Origin: a virus
Taxonomy: Duplodnaviria > Caudoviricetes
IMG/VR virus record: IMGVR_UViG_3300032074_000016
Location: 1 to 38,396 of that record
Length of the DNA stretch: 38,396 bases
Strand: one strand, 5' to 3'
This document shows positions 17,136-26,055 of the stretch, piece after piece. Positions within the stretch are counted from its first letter, which is position 1, and each line of letters starts with the position of its first letter. The position numbers and the translations under genes are program-made. The notes beneath the pieces were generated by a model. The model was not told the DNA's origin, ran no database searches, and worked only from the letters and a program-made list of their open reading frames with translations.

Positions 17136-17417
17136 TCAGCCGGCGACGATGCTCGAGCGGTTCTTTCCCTGCCGTTCGGCGGCGACGACCGCGTCGGCCA
17201 GCTCCGGATGCTCGGCGATGAACGCGTTGACCTGGTCGACGGTGTGCCCGGCCGGGTCGAACACCTGCCGCGGCGTCCCGGCTGGGGCCGCGACGGCAAG
17301 CTGCTGCGGGGCGGTCTCGGTGTAGCCGTAGCCGGCCTTCAGGCGGGTGATCTCCGTCGGGGACGCCGTGGAGTACGGCCGGCCGTCGGGGGAGTAGAGA
17401 GTGATGCGCTCGGCCAT
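17136..17417 (-). CDS. Small tail-associated protein (N-terminal GYGY module, C-terminal helical domain)
   Basis: GGAGG before ATG 17415-17417. MAERITLYSPDGRP...GYGY...FDPAGHTVDQVNAF...AERQGKNRSSI. 93 aa. Confidence 0.8.
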   Translation of the reverse strand: MAERITLYSPDGRPYSTASPTEITRLKAGYGYTETAPQQLAVAAPAGTPRQVFDPAGHTVDQVNAFIAEHPELADAVVAAERQGKNRSSIVAG

Positions 17418-17460
17418 CGCCGGGACCTCCAGGATCATCACGTGCAGGGATGCGGGCGGG

Positions 17461-17507
17461 AGGAGAAGAGTGCGGCGGCCCGCCCCACCCAGACCGGGCT
17501 GCCGCAC
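17461..17507 (-). terminator. Stem-loop after the major tail gene (terminator or mRNA stabiliser)
   Basis: mRNA GUGCGGCAGCCCG-N12-CGGGCCGCCGCAC followed by UCUUCUCCU, just after the stop. Confidence 0.5.
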
Positions 17508-17511
17508 GACT

Positions 17512-18189
17512 TCAGGCGCCGACGGTGAAGCCCAGCGGCGTCGCGCCCAGCGATGCCAGGCCGGGGCCGGCGAAGAACGGCCGCTGCCCGGTGCCGATCG
17601 CGTCGTCGGTCAGCGTCTTGTACGTCACCGGGTAGACGAAGTCGTCGGCGTCGGAGTACGTCTGCGCGCCGATGTCGGACAGCGCGCACCTCGGCAGGAA
17701 CTGGCCGCCCCAGATCGCGTCCGCGCCGTCACCGTGCTGCCCGAGCAGCAGAATCCGCTTGTAGAACACGGGAGGCAGGTCCGGTACGTCCCAGGTGATC
17801 TCCTTGGTGGTGGACTTCGCCTGGATCGCCGACAGGTCCAGCCCGTAGTAGCCCTCGAAGACGGTCTTCTGCGACTCCTTCATCGTGAAGGCGACGGTCA
17901 GCCCACGGGCGGTCGTGTACTCGTTGATCGGCTGGACCTTGCCGTAGGCCATCGAGTCCGACGTCGTCATCGACGGCGTGAGCACCCCGCCCTGCTGCGA
18001 GTCGAGGTAGCCGACGGTCTTGTACTCGCCGGCGATCGACAGGGTGGTCCCGTCGGTCGAGTCGACGATCGTGGTGATGGCCGGGTCCGTGTAGTTGGCC
18101 ATCAGCACGGCCAGCTTCCGGAACCGGAGGACCTGCCCGGCGTTGCCGGCGGCGATCTCGTCGATGGTGCCAGTGAGCGGTGTCGTCAC
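17512..18189 (-). CDS. Major tail (tube) protein
   Basis: VGYLDSQQG, AYGKVQPI and FTMKES pattern of actinophage tail tube proteins. AAGGAG 8 nt before GTG 18187-18189. Confidence 0.88.
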   Translation of the reverse strand: MTTPLTGTIDEIAAGNAGQVLRFRKLAVLMANYTDPAITTIVDSTDGTTLSIAGEYKTVGYLDSQQGGVLTPSMTTSDSMAYGKVQPINEYTTARGLTVAFTMKESQKTVFEGYYGLDLSAIQAKSTTKEITWDVPDLPPVFYKRILLLGQHGDGADAIWGGQFLPRCALSDIGAQTYSDADDFVYPVTYKTLTDDAIGTGQRPFFAGPGLASLGATPLGFTVGA

Positions 18190-18287
18190 CGTGTTCACTC
18201 CTTCTCAGGGGATGAGTCGCCCTTCCCGGGGCGTGGTTGCTGACCGCCTCCCCTGAGCGGGGCAGCGGGGGAACAGAGGGCGGGGGC

Positions 18288-18704
18288 TCAGAGCAGGACG
18301 GGCAGGTCCAGCTCGTAGGTGGTGATCTGCCGGTCGACCGACTGGGACCAGAACCGGTGCTGCCTCGGCGCCCAGATGCGCACCGCGTTGACCCTCTGCG
18401 GGACGCCGTCAAGCTCGACGGTCTGCCCGTCCAGGGCGCGCATCCAGCCGTGCGCCAGCGAGGCGACCGGCCGCGCGGCGCCCTCGGCGCCCGGGCGGAA
18501 CGCCGCGACGTCGACCCGGAGCAGAGCGTTCGCGTAGTCCTGGGAGCCGCCGGCGAACGCCGGCTGCAGCACGTCGCCGGTGATGGCGTCGGGCAGCCGG
18601 GTGCCGACATGCACCGACGACTGGGCCTCGGCGGCCTGCGCCTTCAGCCAGGCCGCGACCAGGGCCTCGACGTCGACGTCCTTGCTGACCCGCGGTGCGG
18701 TCAC
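18288..18704 (-). CDS. Tail terminator
   Basis: DVEALVAAWL...GTRLP...AGG...RVDV pattern. Immediately upstream of the major tail gene. Confidence 0.75.
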   Translation of the reverse strand: MTAPRVSKDVDVEALVAAWLKAQAAEAQSSVHVGTRLPDAITGDVLQPAFAGGSQDYANALLRVDVAAFRPGAEGAARPVASLAHGWMRALDGQTVELDGVPQRVNAVRIWAPRQHRFWSQSVDRQITTYELDLPVLL

Positions 18705-18973
18705 GGGATCGACCGGCCCAGGATCCGGCGGCGCGCCACCTTCGACGTGCCGAACTCCTGGTCCAGGGATGCCGTCACCCGCGAGAACGGGCGGCCCGCC
18801 GGGCGGGTGCCGTCCTCCCGCCCGATCTGCACATCCTCCGCGTCATCCGCGGTGTCCTCCAACGCCAACTGCTGCGCGCGGCGCTCGATCCCGTCGGCGA
18901 CCTCAGCCAGCTTCGACCGGACCCGCTCGGACTTCATCACCCGGCGCAGCTGCAGGTACAGCGGGGAAGGCAT
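18701..18973 (-). CDS. Neck / HK97 gp10-like protein
   Basis: 90 aa with QEFGTSKVARRRILGR. Coupled on both sides. Confidence 0.75.
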   Translation of the reverse strand: MPSPLYLQLRRVMKSERVRSKLAEVADGIERRAQQLALEDTADDAEDVQIGREDGTRPAGRPFSRVTASLDQEFGTSKVARRRILGRSIP

Positions 18974-19317
18974 CAGCGGCTCCTCTGCAGGTGGGCCTGC
19001 ACGGCCGTCCCCCAGTCGCCGGGATCACCCACGACCTCGTACGTCGGGCCCGTCCACGGGGTGTCCGGGTCGCCGGTGGCGGTGGCCGGCCAGATCACCG
19101 CATCCACGTCACCGAGCGGCGTCGCCGGCGGCGCGAGCACCGTCAGCCCCGAGATCGTCGGCACCGCGCGGTCCGGGGCCTCCGACGAGGTCGCCGGCGA
19201 CACCTGACACCACCGCACCTGCAGGTAGGAGTCGACCAGGATCGGGTTACCCAGGTCGTCGTCCTGCCCCGACGGTGTGCGGGTGACGAGCACGATCGTG
19301 TCGTTGCCGAGCTTCAC
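18973..19317 (-). CDS. Head-to-tail stopper
   Basis: True start GTG 19315-19317 (GTGA). DDDLGNP...YEVVGDPGDW motif. 114 aa. Confidence 0.8.
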   Translation of the reverse strand: MKLGNDTIVLVTRTPSGQDDDLGNPILVDSYLQVRWCQVSPATSSEAPDRAVPTISGLTVLAPPATPLGDVDAVIWPATATGDPDTPWTGPTYEVVGDPGDWGTAVQAHLQRSR

Positions 19318-19757
19318 GACTGCAGCCACCACGGCACACCGTCGGTGCCACTGTCGTTGCTGCGGTTCCACCACGGAGTGACCCCGTACGCCGGATCCGG
19401 GTAGCGCTGCGCGCAGGGAAACTCGCCTCTGGGCTGCAGCAGGAACGTCCGCCGAACCTCGTCGAGGATCGCGTCCCGCCGCTCCTTGACGCCGTTGACC
19501 GGCCGCGGCCACTGCTTCGTCGTCGGCCCGACCGTCATCCGGTCCAGGCCCTCGACGTTGCTGACCTGCAGCACCGTCAGCTCGAGCGCCGGGGAGAACA
19601 GCGGGTCGTCGTCGGCCAACTGGTCGGGCAGCGCGGGCAGGCCCGCGGCCTTCTTCAGCCAGCCGGCAACCAGCCGCATCGCCGCCGTGATCTGCTCGTC
19701 AGAAAGGTCCTCCTGCGGGAGGAGGTCCTTGACGATCTGCGAATCCAGCAGAGCCAT
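19314..19757 (-). CDS. Head-to-tail adaptor
   Basis: Position in the gene order. V.NVEGLDRMTVGP motif. GGAGG RBS. Confidence 0.75.
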   Translation of the reverse strand: MALLDSQIVKDLLPQEDLSDEQITAAMRLVAGWLKKAAGLPALPDQLADDDPLFSPALELTVLQVSNVEGLDRMTVGPTTKQWPRPVNGVKERRDAILDEVRRTFLLQPRGEFPCAQRYPDPAYGVTPWWNRSNDSGTDGVPWWLQS

Positions 19758-19779
19758 GAGGACCTCCTCCCGGCAGGGG

Positions 19780-20166
19780 TCAGACGCTCGCGGGCGGGAA
19801 GCGGTCGACGAGCTCCTGCTTCGTCAGCGCCTCCGCCGCGGCCCGGTCCACGCCCTGTGCGACGGCATAGTCGACCCAGACCTCCTTCGCCGCGGCCCGC
19901 GGGGGACGCGGCGCCGCCTCGTCCCCATCGCCGGTGTCAGGCTGCTCGGCGTTGACCAGCCCCGGATCGTCCGGCTGCTCGACCTCGACCTCCGCCGCCG
20001 CCTCCACCGAGGCGACCTCAACGAGGAAGCCCTCGTCGAGGAGACGACGCACGTCGGCCGGGTCGGCGCTGCGAGGCACCGGCTTACCGGCGTACACGTA
20101 CTCCATGCCGCTGTCGACGGTGCGCACCAGGGACAGCGGGGCCTTCCCGACCAGCTGCTTCGCCAT
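19780..20166 (-). CDS. Capsid-adjacent protein (small N-terminal domain, acidic linker, C-terminal helical domain)
   Basis: TGATG-coupled to the capsid gene. Ends PPRAAAKEVWVDYAVAQG...LTKQELVDRF. Confidence 0.75.
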   Translation of the reverse strand: MAKQLVGKAPLSLVRTVDSGMEYVYAGKPVPRSADPADVRRLLDEGFLVEVASVEAAAEVEVEQPDDPGLVNAEQPDTGDGDEAAPRPPRAAAKEVWVDYAVAQGVDRAAAEALTKQELVDRFPPASV

Positions 20167-21092
20167 CAGGCCGCCACCCCCGTGATCTTCACTGCTGCGC
20201 CCGGCTCCTGCACCATCGGCACAGCCACCTTGCGGGCCTGGATCTTCCAGCCGTCGTTCTCGTCGAGCCGGATCCGCTTGGACTCCACGTCGCCGTAGTC
20301 GCCCTGGTAGCCGCCGCCGAGGTTCTCCCGCGCGATCGACCCGAGCAGCGTCGAGTCGGCCACCATCGCATCGACCCCGGCCGGCAGGTTCGTGCTCTTG
20401 CGGATGTTCAGCCCACCGATCGACACCAGGTTCCCGGTGATGGTGACCGGGGCGTTCTCGCGGGGCGTGTTCGCCAGCACCTTCGCCGAGGAGATGACCT
20501 CAGCCCACGCCGTGGGCCGGCACACGGCCGTGTCCACCACGTAGCCCTGGTTGAGCTCGTCGACCTGCGCGGCCGCGAGCAGGATGTCCCGCAGCGGGTT
20601 CGCGTTGGCCTCGTCGCTCCACGCAGCCGACGCGGTCTGCGTCTGGGTGACCGCGGTGGCGATCGCCGACAGGCACAGCGCGTCGAAGGTGAACGCGATC
20701 CGGTTCGCCAGCTTGATCAGCTTCCGGACGACCGGGTCCGGGCCCTGCACCCGGGCCCGGGCGATCAGCTCGTCGGAGATGAGGGTCGACAGGCCGCGCT
20801 TCACGGTGTCGGCCTTCGCGATCGTGCCCGGCTGGTCGGTCGACGTCGGGTACTCGGCCAGCTGGGCGACGACCTCGTCGTCCATGTCGGCGAAGATCGA
20901 CTCGGCGATCTCGTAGACGGCCGTACCGGAGCCGGTCAGGTCGACCCGCCCGGTGAGCAGCTTGTCGCCCACGAGCCGCTGCTGCACCAGGGTGCGCAGC
21001 AGACGGTAGATCAGGACCGGGTTGTTGATCAGCCGGTCGACGGTGATGAGCTGGCCATTGATCGTGGCCGGAGACGGTGCGAATTCAGGCAT
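20166..21092 (-). CDS. Major capsid protein
   Basis: GAGGAG before ATG 21090-21092. 308 aa with VAQLAEYP and PMVQEPGAAVKITGV. Follows the protease and cement genes. Confidence 0.9.
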   Translation of the reverse strand: MPEFAPSPATINGQLITVDRLINNPVLIYRLLRTLVQQRLVGDKLLTGRVDLTGSGTAVYEIAESIFADMDDEVVAQLAEYPTSTDQPGTIAKADTVKRGLSTLISDELIARARVQGPDPVVRKLIKLANRIAFTFDALCLSAIATAVTQTQTASAAWSDEANANPLRDILLAAAQVDELNQGYVVDTAVCRPTAWAEVISSAKVLANTPRENAPVTITGNLVSIGGLNIRKSTNLPAGVDAMVADSTLLGSIARENLGGGYQGDYGDVESKRIRLDENDGWKIQARKVAVPMVQEPGAAVKITGVAA

Positions 21093-21102
21093 CAGAGGCT
21101 CC

Positions 21103-21462
21103 TCAGAGGGTCCGAACCCAGATGACCGAACCCGCTCCGGAGGCAGCCTCCATCGCGACGCCAACCCGGGTGTCGGCGCTGTCGGTCCCGGACGTGTAGG
21201 TGGTCACCTGACCGTTGGCGGCGCACTTCACGAGCGCCCCCGCGGCGATGGCGCCGGCGGCGGTCAGACGCTGGTGCTCGCCGTAGAACACGGTGAAGTC
21301 GTCACCCGAGACCACGTCGTAGCCGGCAACACCGACCCAGTTGACGGCGTTCGCCCCGGCGGGGGCGCCCGCGGCCGTCACCAGCTGGCCGCCGGTGATG
21401 GTCGCCGACGCCGTGAGCGTGAACGCGTCGTCGACGTCGAACTTCGGCAGGTAGTTGCTCAC
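21103..21462 (-). CDS. Capsid cement/decoration protein (DUF2190-like)
   Basis: GTG 21460-21462 (GTGA). TLTASATITGGQLV...VGVAGYD...AAGAIAAGALV...VGVAMEAA. Confidence 0.85.
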   Translation of the reverse strand: MSNYLPKFDVDDAFTLTASATITGGQLVTAAGAPAGANAVNWVGVAGYDVVSGDDFTVFYGEHQRLTAAGAIAAGALVKCAANGQVTTYTSGTDSADTRVGVAMEAASGAGSVIWVRTL

Positions 21463-22853
21463 CGGAGCGCCTCCTTCGACACGCCGATCAGCCCCGCGAG
21501 CTCGTCGAGCTCGGCATCGCTGAGGTTGTCCTGGTCGTTGGCCGAGTCCAGGCTGCCGTGGCCGAGCTCGTTGACCGGGATCAGCCCCTTCTCCAGGCTG
21601 GCGAGGTTCTTCTCGCCGTCCGGGTCGACCTTCAGCGCGTTCAGCCACTTTTCCTTGCTCGCCGGCGCGATCCGGCCGTCCTTGACGGCGGCCTGCACCA
21701 GCTGCTCCCGCTGCGCCTGCCGCTGCTCCTCGCGGGCCTCGCGGCCGGCCGCGGCGTCGGCGCGGAGCTGCTCGAACAGCTCCTTGTCGACCGCCACGGC
21801 GCCCTCGGGCAGCGCGGCCTTGGCCGGCTCTCCGTCGGGCTCCTTGACGAACTCCTCCATCACCTCAGCCACCGTCGCGACGATCTTGTCCTCGTCGGCG
21901 TCCGCCGGGAGTCCGAGCTTCGTGCGCAGGCTGGCCAGGTGCTCGTCCGTGAAAGGCACGGGCGTGCTCCCTTCCTTGTGCGTGGACCCGTCCGCGGACG
22001 CGGCGGGGGTCTTCGTGGACCCGGCGCCAGCCGGGATCCGGGGTGGGGGCGCGTCGGCGCGGCCGGCGTGCGCGTACAGGGCGCGGACGACGTCGGCGTG
22101 ACGGTCAGCGGCGGCCAGGGAGTCCCACAGGTCCCACATGCCGGACGACTGCCCGGGCACCACCTGCTCGCCGGACGACGATCCGTTGTCGTCCTCGGTG
22201 GCGACCCGGTCGGCCAGGCCCGCGGTGACGGCCTCCTCGGCGGTGTACCAGGTCTCCGCCTGCATCACCGCGCGCCAGTCGGCCGCCGTGCCGCCCGCCT
22301 TCGCCGCGTACGTGGATGCGAGCGCGTTGCTGGTCGAGTCGAGCATCGCCGCGGCCTTGCGCATGTCGCCGGCGTCGCCGATCGACAGCGCCCACGCGTC
22401 GTGGATCATCAGCTGCGCGCCGATGCCCATCACGACCTCGTCACCGGCCATCGCGACCACCGAGGCCGCCGACGCGGCCAGGCCGTCGACCCACACGGTG
22501 ACGTCGGCCCGGTGCTGCCGCAGCACGTTCGCGATCGCCGTCCCCTCCGCGGCGTCGCCGCCGGGGGAGTTCAGGTGCAGGTTGATGTGGTCGACGTCGA
22601 GGCCGGCCACGTCACGGACGAAGTCGTCCGCGGAGACGCCGAACCAGCCGCCGATCCGGTCGAACACGTACACGTCGGCCGTCGAGCTGGCGGCTCTCGA
22701 GGAGCTCGCCGAGTCCCCGCCGCTCTGCTTGCCGACGGTCTCGGCGCGGACGTCGATCCGGTACCAGGGCGGCGGGTCGTCGGTGCGGGCGGCCCGCTGC
22801 CCGGTGAGGGCCAGCGCCGCGCGCATCCGGCGGACCCGTTCCTCGTTCGGCAT
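21459..22853 (-). CDS. ClpP-type head maturation protease fused to scaffolding domain
   Basis: LNSPGG, DGLAASAASVVAMAGD, LMIHDAW and ETWYTAEEAV..GLAD. C-terminal KLGLPADADE...AVKDGRIAPA scaffold. Confidence 0.92.
   Translation of the reverse strand: MPNEERVRRMRAALALTGQRAARTDDPPPWYRIDVRAETVGKQSGGDSASSSRAASSTADVYVFDRIGGWFGVSADDFVRDVAGLDVDHINLHLNSPGGDAAEGTAIANVLRQHRADVTVWVDGLAASAASVVAMAGDEVVMGIGAQLMIHDAWALSIGDAGDMRKAAAMLDSTSNALASTYAAKAGGTAADWRAVMQAETWYTAEEAVTAGLADRVATEDDNGSSSGEQVVPGQSSGMWDLWDSLAAADRHADVVRALYAHAGRADAPPPRIPAGAGSTKTPAASADGSTHKEGSTPVPFTDEHLASLRTKLGLPADADEDKIVATVAEVMEEFVKEPDGEPAKAALPEGAVAVDKELFEQLRADAAAGREAREEQRQAQREQLVQAAVKDGRIAPASKEKWLNALKVDPDGEKNLASLEKGLIPVNELGHGSLDSANDQDNLSDAELDELAGLIGVSKEALR
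21957..21977 (-). promoter_or_regulatory. Internal RBS and GTG for a nested scaffolding protein (21459-21959, 166 aa)
   Basis: AAGGAAGGGAG-CACGCCC-GTG, in frame, exactly at the linker/scaffold boundary. Confidence 0.65.
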
Positions 22854-24154
22854 CAGCTGTCAGCTCCTTCGCCCGTGCCCGTCGGCGCCGGCGTCGTCGA
22901 GGGCGCAGGGGCGGCCGGCGGCGGCTCCTGCCCGGGCAGCGGCTCCTTGTCGGGGATGCCGTACGTCTCGCGGATGTAGCGCTCGAGCGCCGGCTCCCGC
23001 AGCAGCACCCCGGAGTTGACGAGCAGGGCGATCGCCTCAGCGGTGACCGCGTGCCGCGACCCGATCTCCTGGAAGGTGAGCCGGGGCGCCGGCTCGTCCG
23101 GGCCGAAGTTGATGTCGACCAGGTCCTCGACGACGTGCTGCTGGGTGATGTCGCCGACCTGCTGCGCCAGCGTCTGCAGCGACATCGAGAAGAAATCCGC
23201 GAACGTGCTGCCGAGTGCCCACGACCCGGTCTGCGTGCCCAGGTTCAGGAAGTGCGCCAGCACCGACCGGCCGATCTGCTGGTCGTGGTAGTCGATCGCC
23301 GTCTGCGCGTTCGGCAACGTGCCCGTGACGCCCTTCAGCTCGAGCTTCGCGCCGGAGGCGATCGAGGCGCCCGAGTTCTCACCCGACCGGAAGCCCTGGG
23401 CCAGCTTCTTACCCGGCTCCAGATCGGCCTCTTCCGGGTCGGCCGTGTAGACCGGTACGCCCATGCCGTTGCGTTCGATCGTCTGCGCCTGCACCCGGAT
23501 CAGCCGGTCCTTCAGCAGCCAGTGCTTGTACGCCGGCCGCAGCAGCGACTGGCCCAGCCAGTTGCCGCCCTCCTGCTCGTGGATGTAGCCGACCAGCCGG
23601 CTCACCGGGATCGTCACGTCCTGCGCGGAGCCGTCGAGCGTCCCGTACTGCTGGATCGACGCCAGCCCGCCGTCGCGGTCGACGTTGATCGCCATCAGCG
23701 TCTGCGGCATCCGCGGCGCCAGCTTCCGCAGGTATGCCCGGCCGTCGTCGCCGATCCGGTACACCTGCTCGAAGAACATGTGGCCGTAGCGGATCATCAG
23801 CAGCGCCTGCGTCAGATGCTTCGACCACGAGAACCGGTCCCGCGTGCGCGGCGAGGGCGCCGCGGGCTTCCCCGACACCGGCAGCCCCAGGTTGTCCGCG
23901 ACGAACCTGGTGACCTCTTCCGACGCGGGCCCCTGCTCGATCGACCACGGGGTGCGGCGCACCGGCAGCGTCACCGCCCGCAGCACCGACTGCACCTGCG
24001 CGTCCTGCCGAGCCATCCGGTCGTAGACGAAGATCGACAGGGGCCAGCGCAGCTCCGGCGTCTGCTCCTGCTCCGCCGAGAGCCACCACGAGCTGCTGTA
24101 CGCGGTCGCGTAGCCGAGCTCCGTGACCGGGGCCGGCGGCATCTTGGTCGTCAT
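22853..24154 (-). CDS. Portal protein (Mu gp29/DUF935-like)
   Basis: Follows terL. YGHMFFEQVY, GQSLLRPAYKHW, ERNGMGVPV and GSWALG. Confidence 0.92.
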   Translation of the reverse strand: MTTKMPPAPVTELGYATAYSSSWWLSAEQEQTPELRWPLSIFVYDRMARQDAQVQSVLRAVTLPVRRTPWSIEQGPASEEVTRFVADNLGLPVSGKPAAPSPRTRDRFSWSKHLTQALLMIRYGHMFFEQVYRIGDDGRAYLRKLAPRMPQTLMAINVDRDGGLASIQQYGTLDGSAQDVTIPVSRLVGYIHEQEGGNWLGQSLLRPAYKHWLLKDRLIRVQAQTIERNGMGVPVYTADPEEADLEPGKKLAQGFRSGENSGASIASGAKLELKGVTGTLPNAQTAIDYHDQQIGRSVLAHFLNLGTQTGSWALGSTFADFFSMSLQTLAQQVGDITQQHVVEDLVDINFGPDEPAPRLTFQEIGSRHAVTAEAIALLVNSGVLLREPALERYIRETYGIPDKEPLPGQEPPPAAPAPSTTPAPTGTGEGADS

Positions 24155-24170
24155 CGCCGTCTCCTCCCGG

Positions 24171-25784
24171 TCAGAACCCAGCGGTCATAAGGTCGAGCTC
24201 GCGGTCGTCCCCGGCCGGCGCGGCCTTCACCGGCTCCGGCGGCCGCGAAGGCGGCCTTTGCGGCTGCGCGGCGTGCACCAGCAGCCCGAACCGGGCCAGC
24301 GACAGCGACACCAGCGGCGAGATCCCCGCGCCGCCCGCGCGACGCTCGAAGAACCGCAGGTCGCCGAACTCCCGCCACGTAGCGGCCTCCGCCGCGGCGT
24401 CCAGCGGCGGCATTTCCACCCCCGGCAGCTCCAGACGGTCCTGTTCGATGTCCTTCACCAGACCGTCGTCGGCCTGCGACCGCTCCGCGGACGACAGAAC
24501 CTGCGGATCGAGACCCTCCGCGCGAATATCGGCCAGCAGCGTCGACGCCGGGCCCTTCCCGTCGATGACCAGGGCCGCCGGATCGACCGCGGTGACGATC
24601 TCCAGCAGCATCGGCACCACCCACCCGGTGCCCGGCGCCGACTGCACCAGCTCCCCGTGGATCCGCCCATCCGCGCGCCAGCCGGCCACCGAGATCGACG
24701 ACACCCGCTGCGGCGACACGTCGATGCCGACCACCACCGGGTCCAGCGCCTTCGACTGGGGATCCCGCCGATCCCGCCACGTCTGCGGGGCGATCGCGAT
24801 GCTCGCGGCGTCAACCGCGTCCGGGTCCGGCCAGTGATCCGGTGCGCACAGGTCCTCGACGAGGAACTGGCGGGCACCCATGTTCTCCAGGTCGGCCCGG
24901 ATGGTCTCCTCGCCGAACAGGTAGCCCAGCGACGGATTCCCGCGGGCCCACACCGCCGGGTCGCGCAGTCGCGGATCGCCGAGCAGCTTCTGCCCCTGCT
25001 GTTCGGCGGCCGCCGTGAGCTCCTCGAGCGTCGGAACCGACCACTCCATCCACAGCCGGCGAGCGTCACCGGACTGCGCCATCGCCCGCTTGCGGATCCG
25101 CGCCAGCACCACGCCGTTCGGGTGAACATCCTCGTCCGGCGGCGTCGACGTGTAGATGACCTGCGGGTTCGCCGCGGTCTTCAGCGTCGGCCGCAGCGCC
25201 GCGAGCTCGGACTCGGTCAGGTCGTACGCCTCGTCGAGGATCAGCACGTCGGCCGGCAGACCGCGGCCGGCGTCCTTCGACCTCGTGAAGAACTTGATCT
25301 CCTGGCCGGTCTTCAGCCGGATCGTCTCGTTCCCGGCGCCGTAGGTGATGCCGCCGTCCCGGGACGTCTTGTCGAGCATCTCGGCCAGGTCGGGGCAGGA
25401 CCTGAACAGCGCCACCATGCGCTTGTGCGCATCGGAGGCGGTTCGCTGCAGCTGCGCCGTCCACAGCACCCGCCGAGCGCCGAAGAGCAGCAGGTGACAG
25501 AGGACGAGCGCCTCGAGCACCCCGCCTTTGCCGTTCTGCCGGCTGACACAGATTCCGACGTCGGAGGCGGCCCACATCTCGCCGCGGCGCGCGAACGCGT
25601 GCGACGGGATCAGCTCCTGCCAGGGCATCAGCTCGATGAGCGGCTCACCCTCGGCAGTACGCAGCCCTTCGATCAGGAATAACGCGTCGTCGCAGGCACC
25701 CCAGTCGTCAGCCTGCGGAACGATGAGGATCCGCGGATCCTGCAGCCCGACGCGTTCGGCGAGCAGCGGCTTGCTCCACGACAC
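24171..25784 (-). CDS. terL: Terminase large subunit
   Basis: Walker A VSRQNGKG, GRG, Walker B LILDEA, YTSTP, NPSLG and nuclease GIDVSP. Confidence 0.95.
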   Translation of the reverse strand: MSWSKPLLAERVGLQDPRILIVPQADDWGACDDALFLIEGLRTAEGEPLIELMPWQELIPSHAFARRGEMWAASDVGICVSRQNGKGGVLEALVLCHLLLFGARRVLWTAQLQRTASDAHKRMVALFRSCPDLAEMLDKTSRDGGITYGAGNETIRLKTGQEIKFFTRSKDAGRGLPADVLILDEAYDLTESELAALRPTLKTAANPQVIYTSTPPDEDVHPNGVVLARIRKRAMAQSGDARRLWMEWSVPTLEELTAAAEQQGQKLLGDPRLRDPAVWARGNPSLGYLFGEETIRADLENMGARQFLVEDLCAPDHWPDPDAVDAASIAIAPQTWRDRRDPQSKALDPVVVGIDVSPQRVSSISVAGWRADGRIHGELVQSAPGTGWVVPMLLEIVTAVDPAALVIDGKGPASTLLADIRAEGLDPQVLSSAERSQADDGLVKDIEQDRLELPGVEMPPLDAAAEAATWREFGDLRFFERRAGGAGISPLVSLSLARFGLLVHAAQPQRPPSRPPEPVKAAPAGDDRELDLMTAGF

Positions 25785-26055
25785 TCAGCCGCCTCCCGCC
25801 ACTGGCCTCACGCGCTTCCCGGAGGCGGGCCGACAGCTCCCGCGACAACGACGCGACGTCGCGGGCCGCGTTCGTCCGGTCGAGCGTCTCCGCGATCGCG
25901 ATGCACACCGACGCCGTCGTCGACAGATGCCCTGGGGTGGTCTCGTCCCAGCCGAGCTTCACCAGCTCGGCCCGGACCTGCGTCTCCACCGGGCCGACCG
26001 CCGGCGCGTCCTCGTCCGCCTCGTTACGCCACCGGCGACGGGTCATGACGGCCAT
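25708..26055 (-). CDS. terS: Terminase small subunit (putative)
   Basis: Helical ~115-aa ORF overlapping the terL start. IAETLD...VASLSRELSARL. Start may be 26047. Confidence 0.7.
   Translation of the reverse strand: MAVMTRRRWRNEADEDAPAVGPVETQVRAELVKLGWDETTPGHLSTTASVCIAIAETLDRTNAARDVASLSRELSARLREAREASGGRRLSVVEQAAARRTRRAAGSADPHRSAG

Noticed and set aside
25519-25548. TerL Walker A ending GKG instead of GKT/S as a sign of inactivation
   Set aside because: All other motifs are intact, and I recall RQNGKG in other actinophage terminases.
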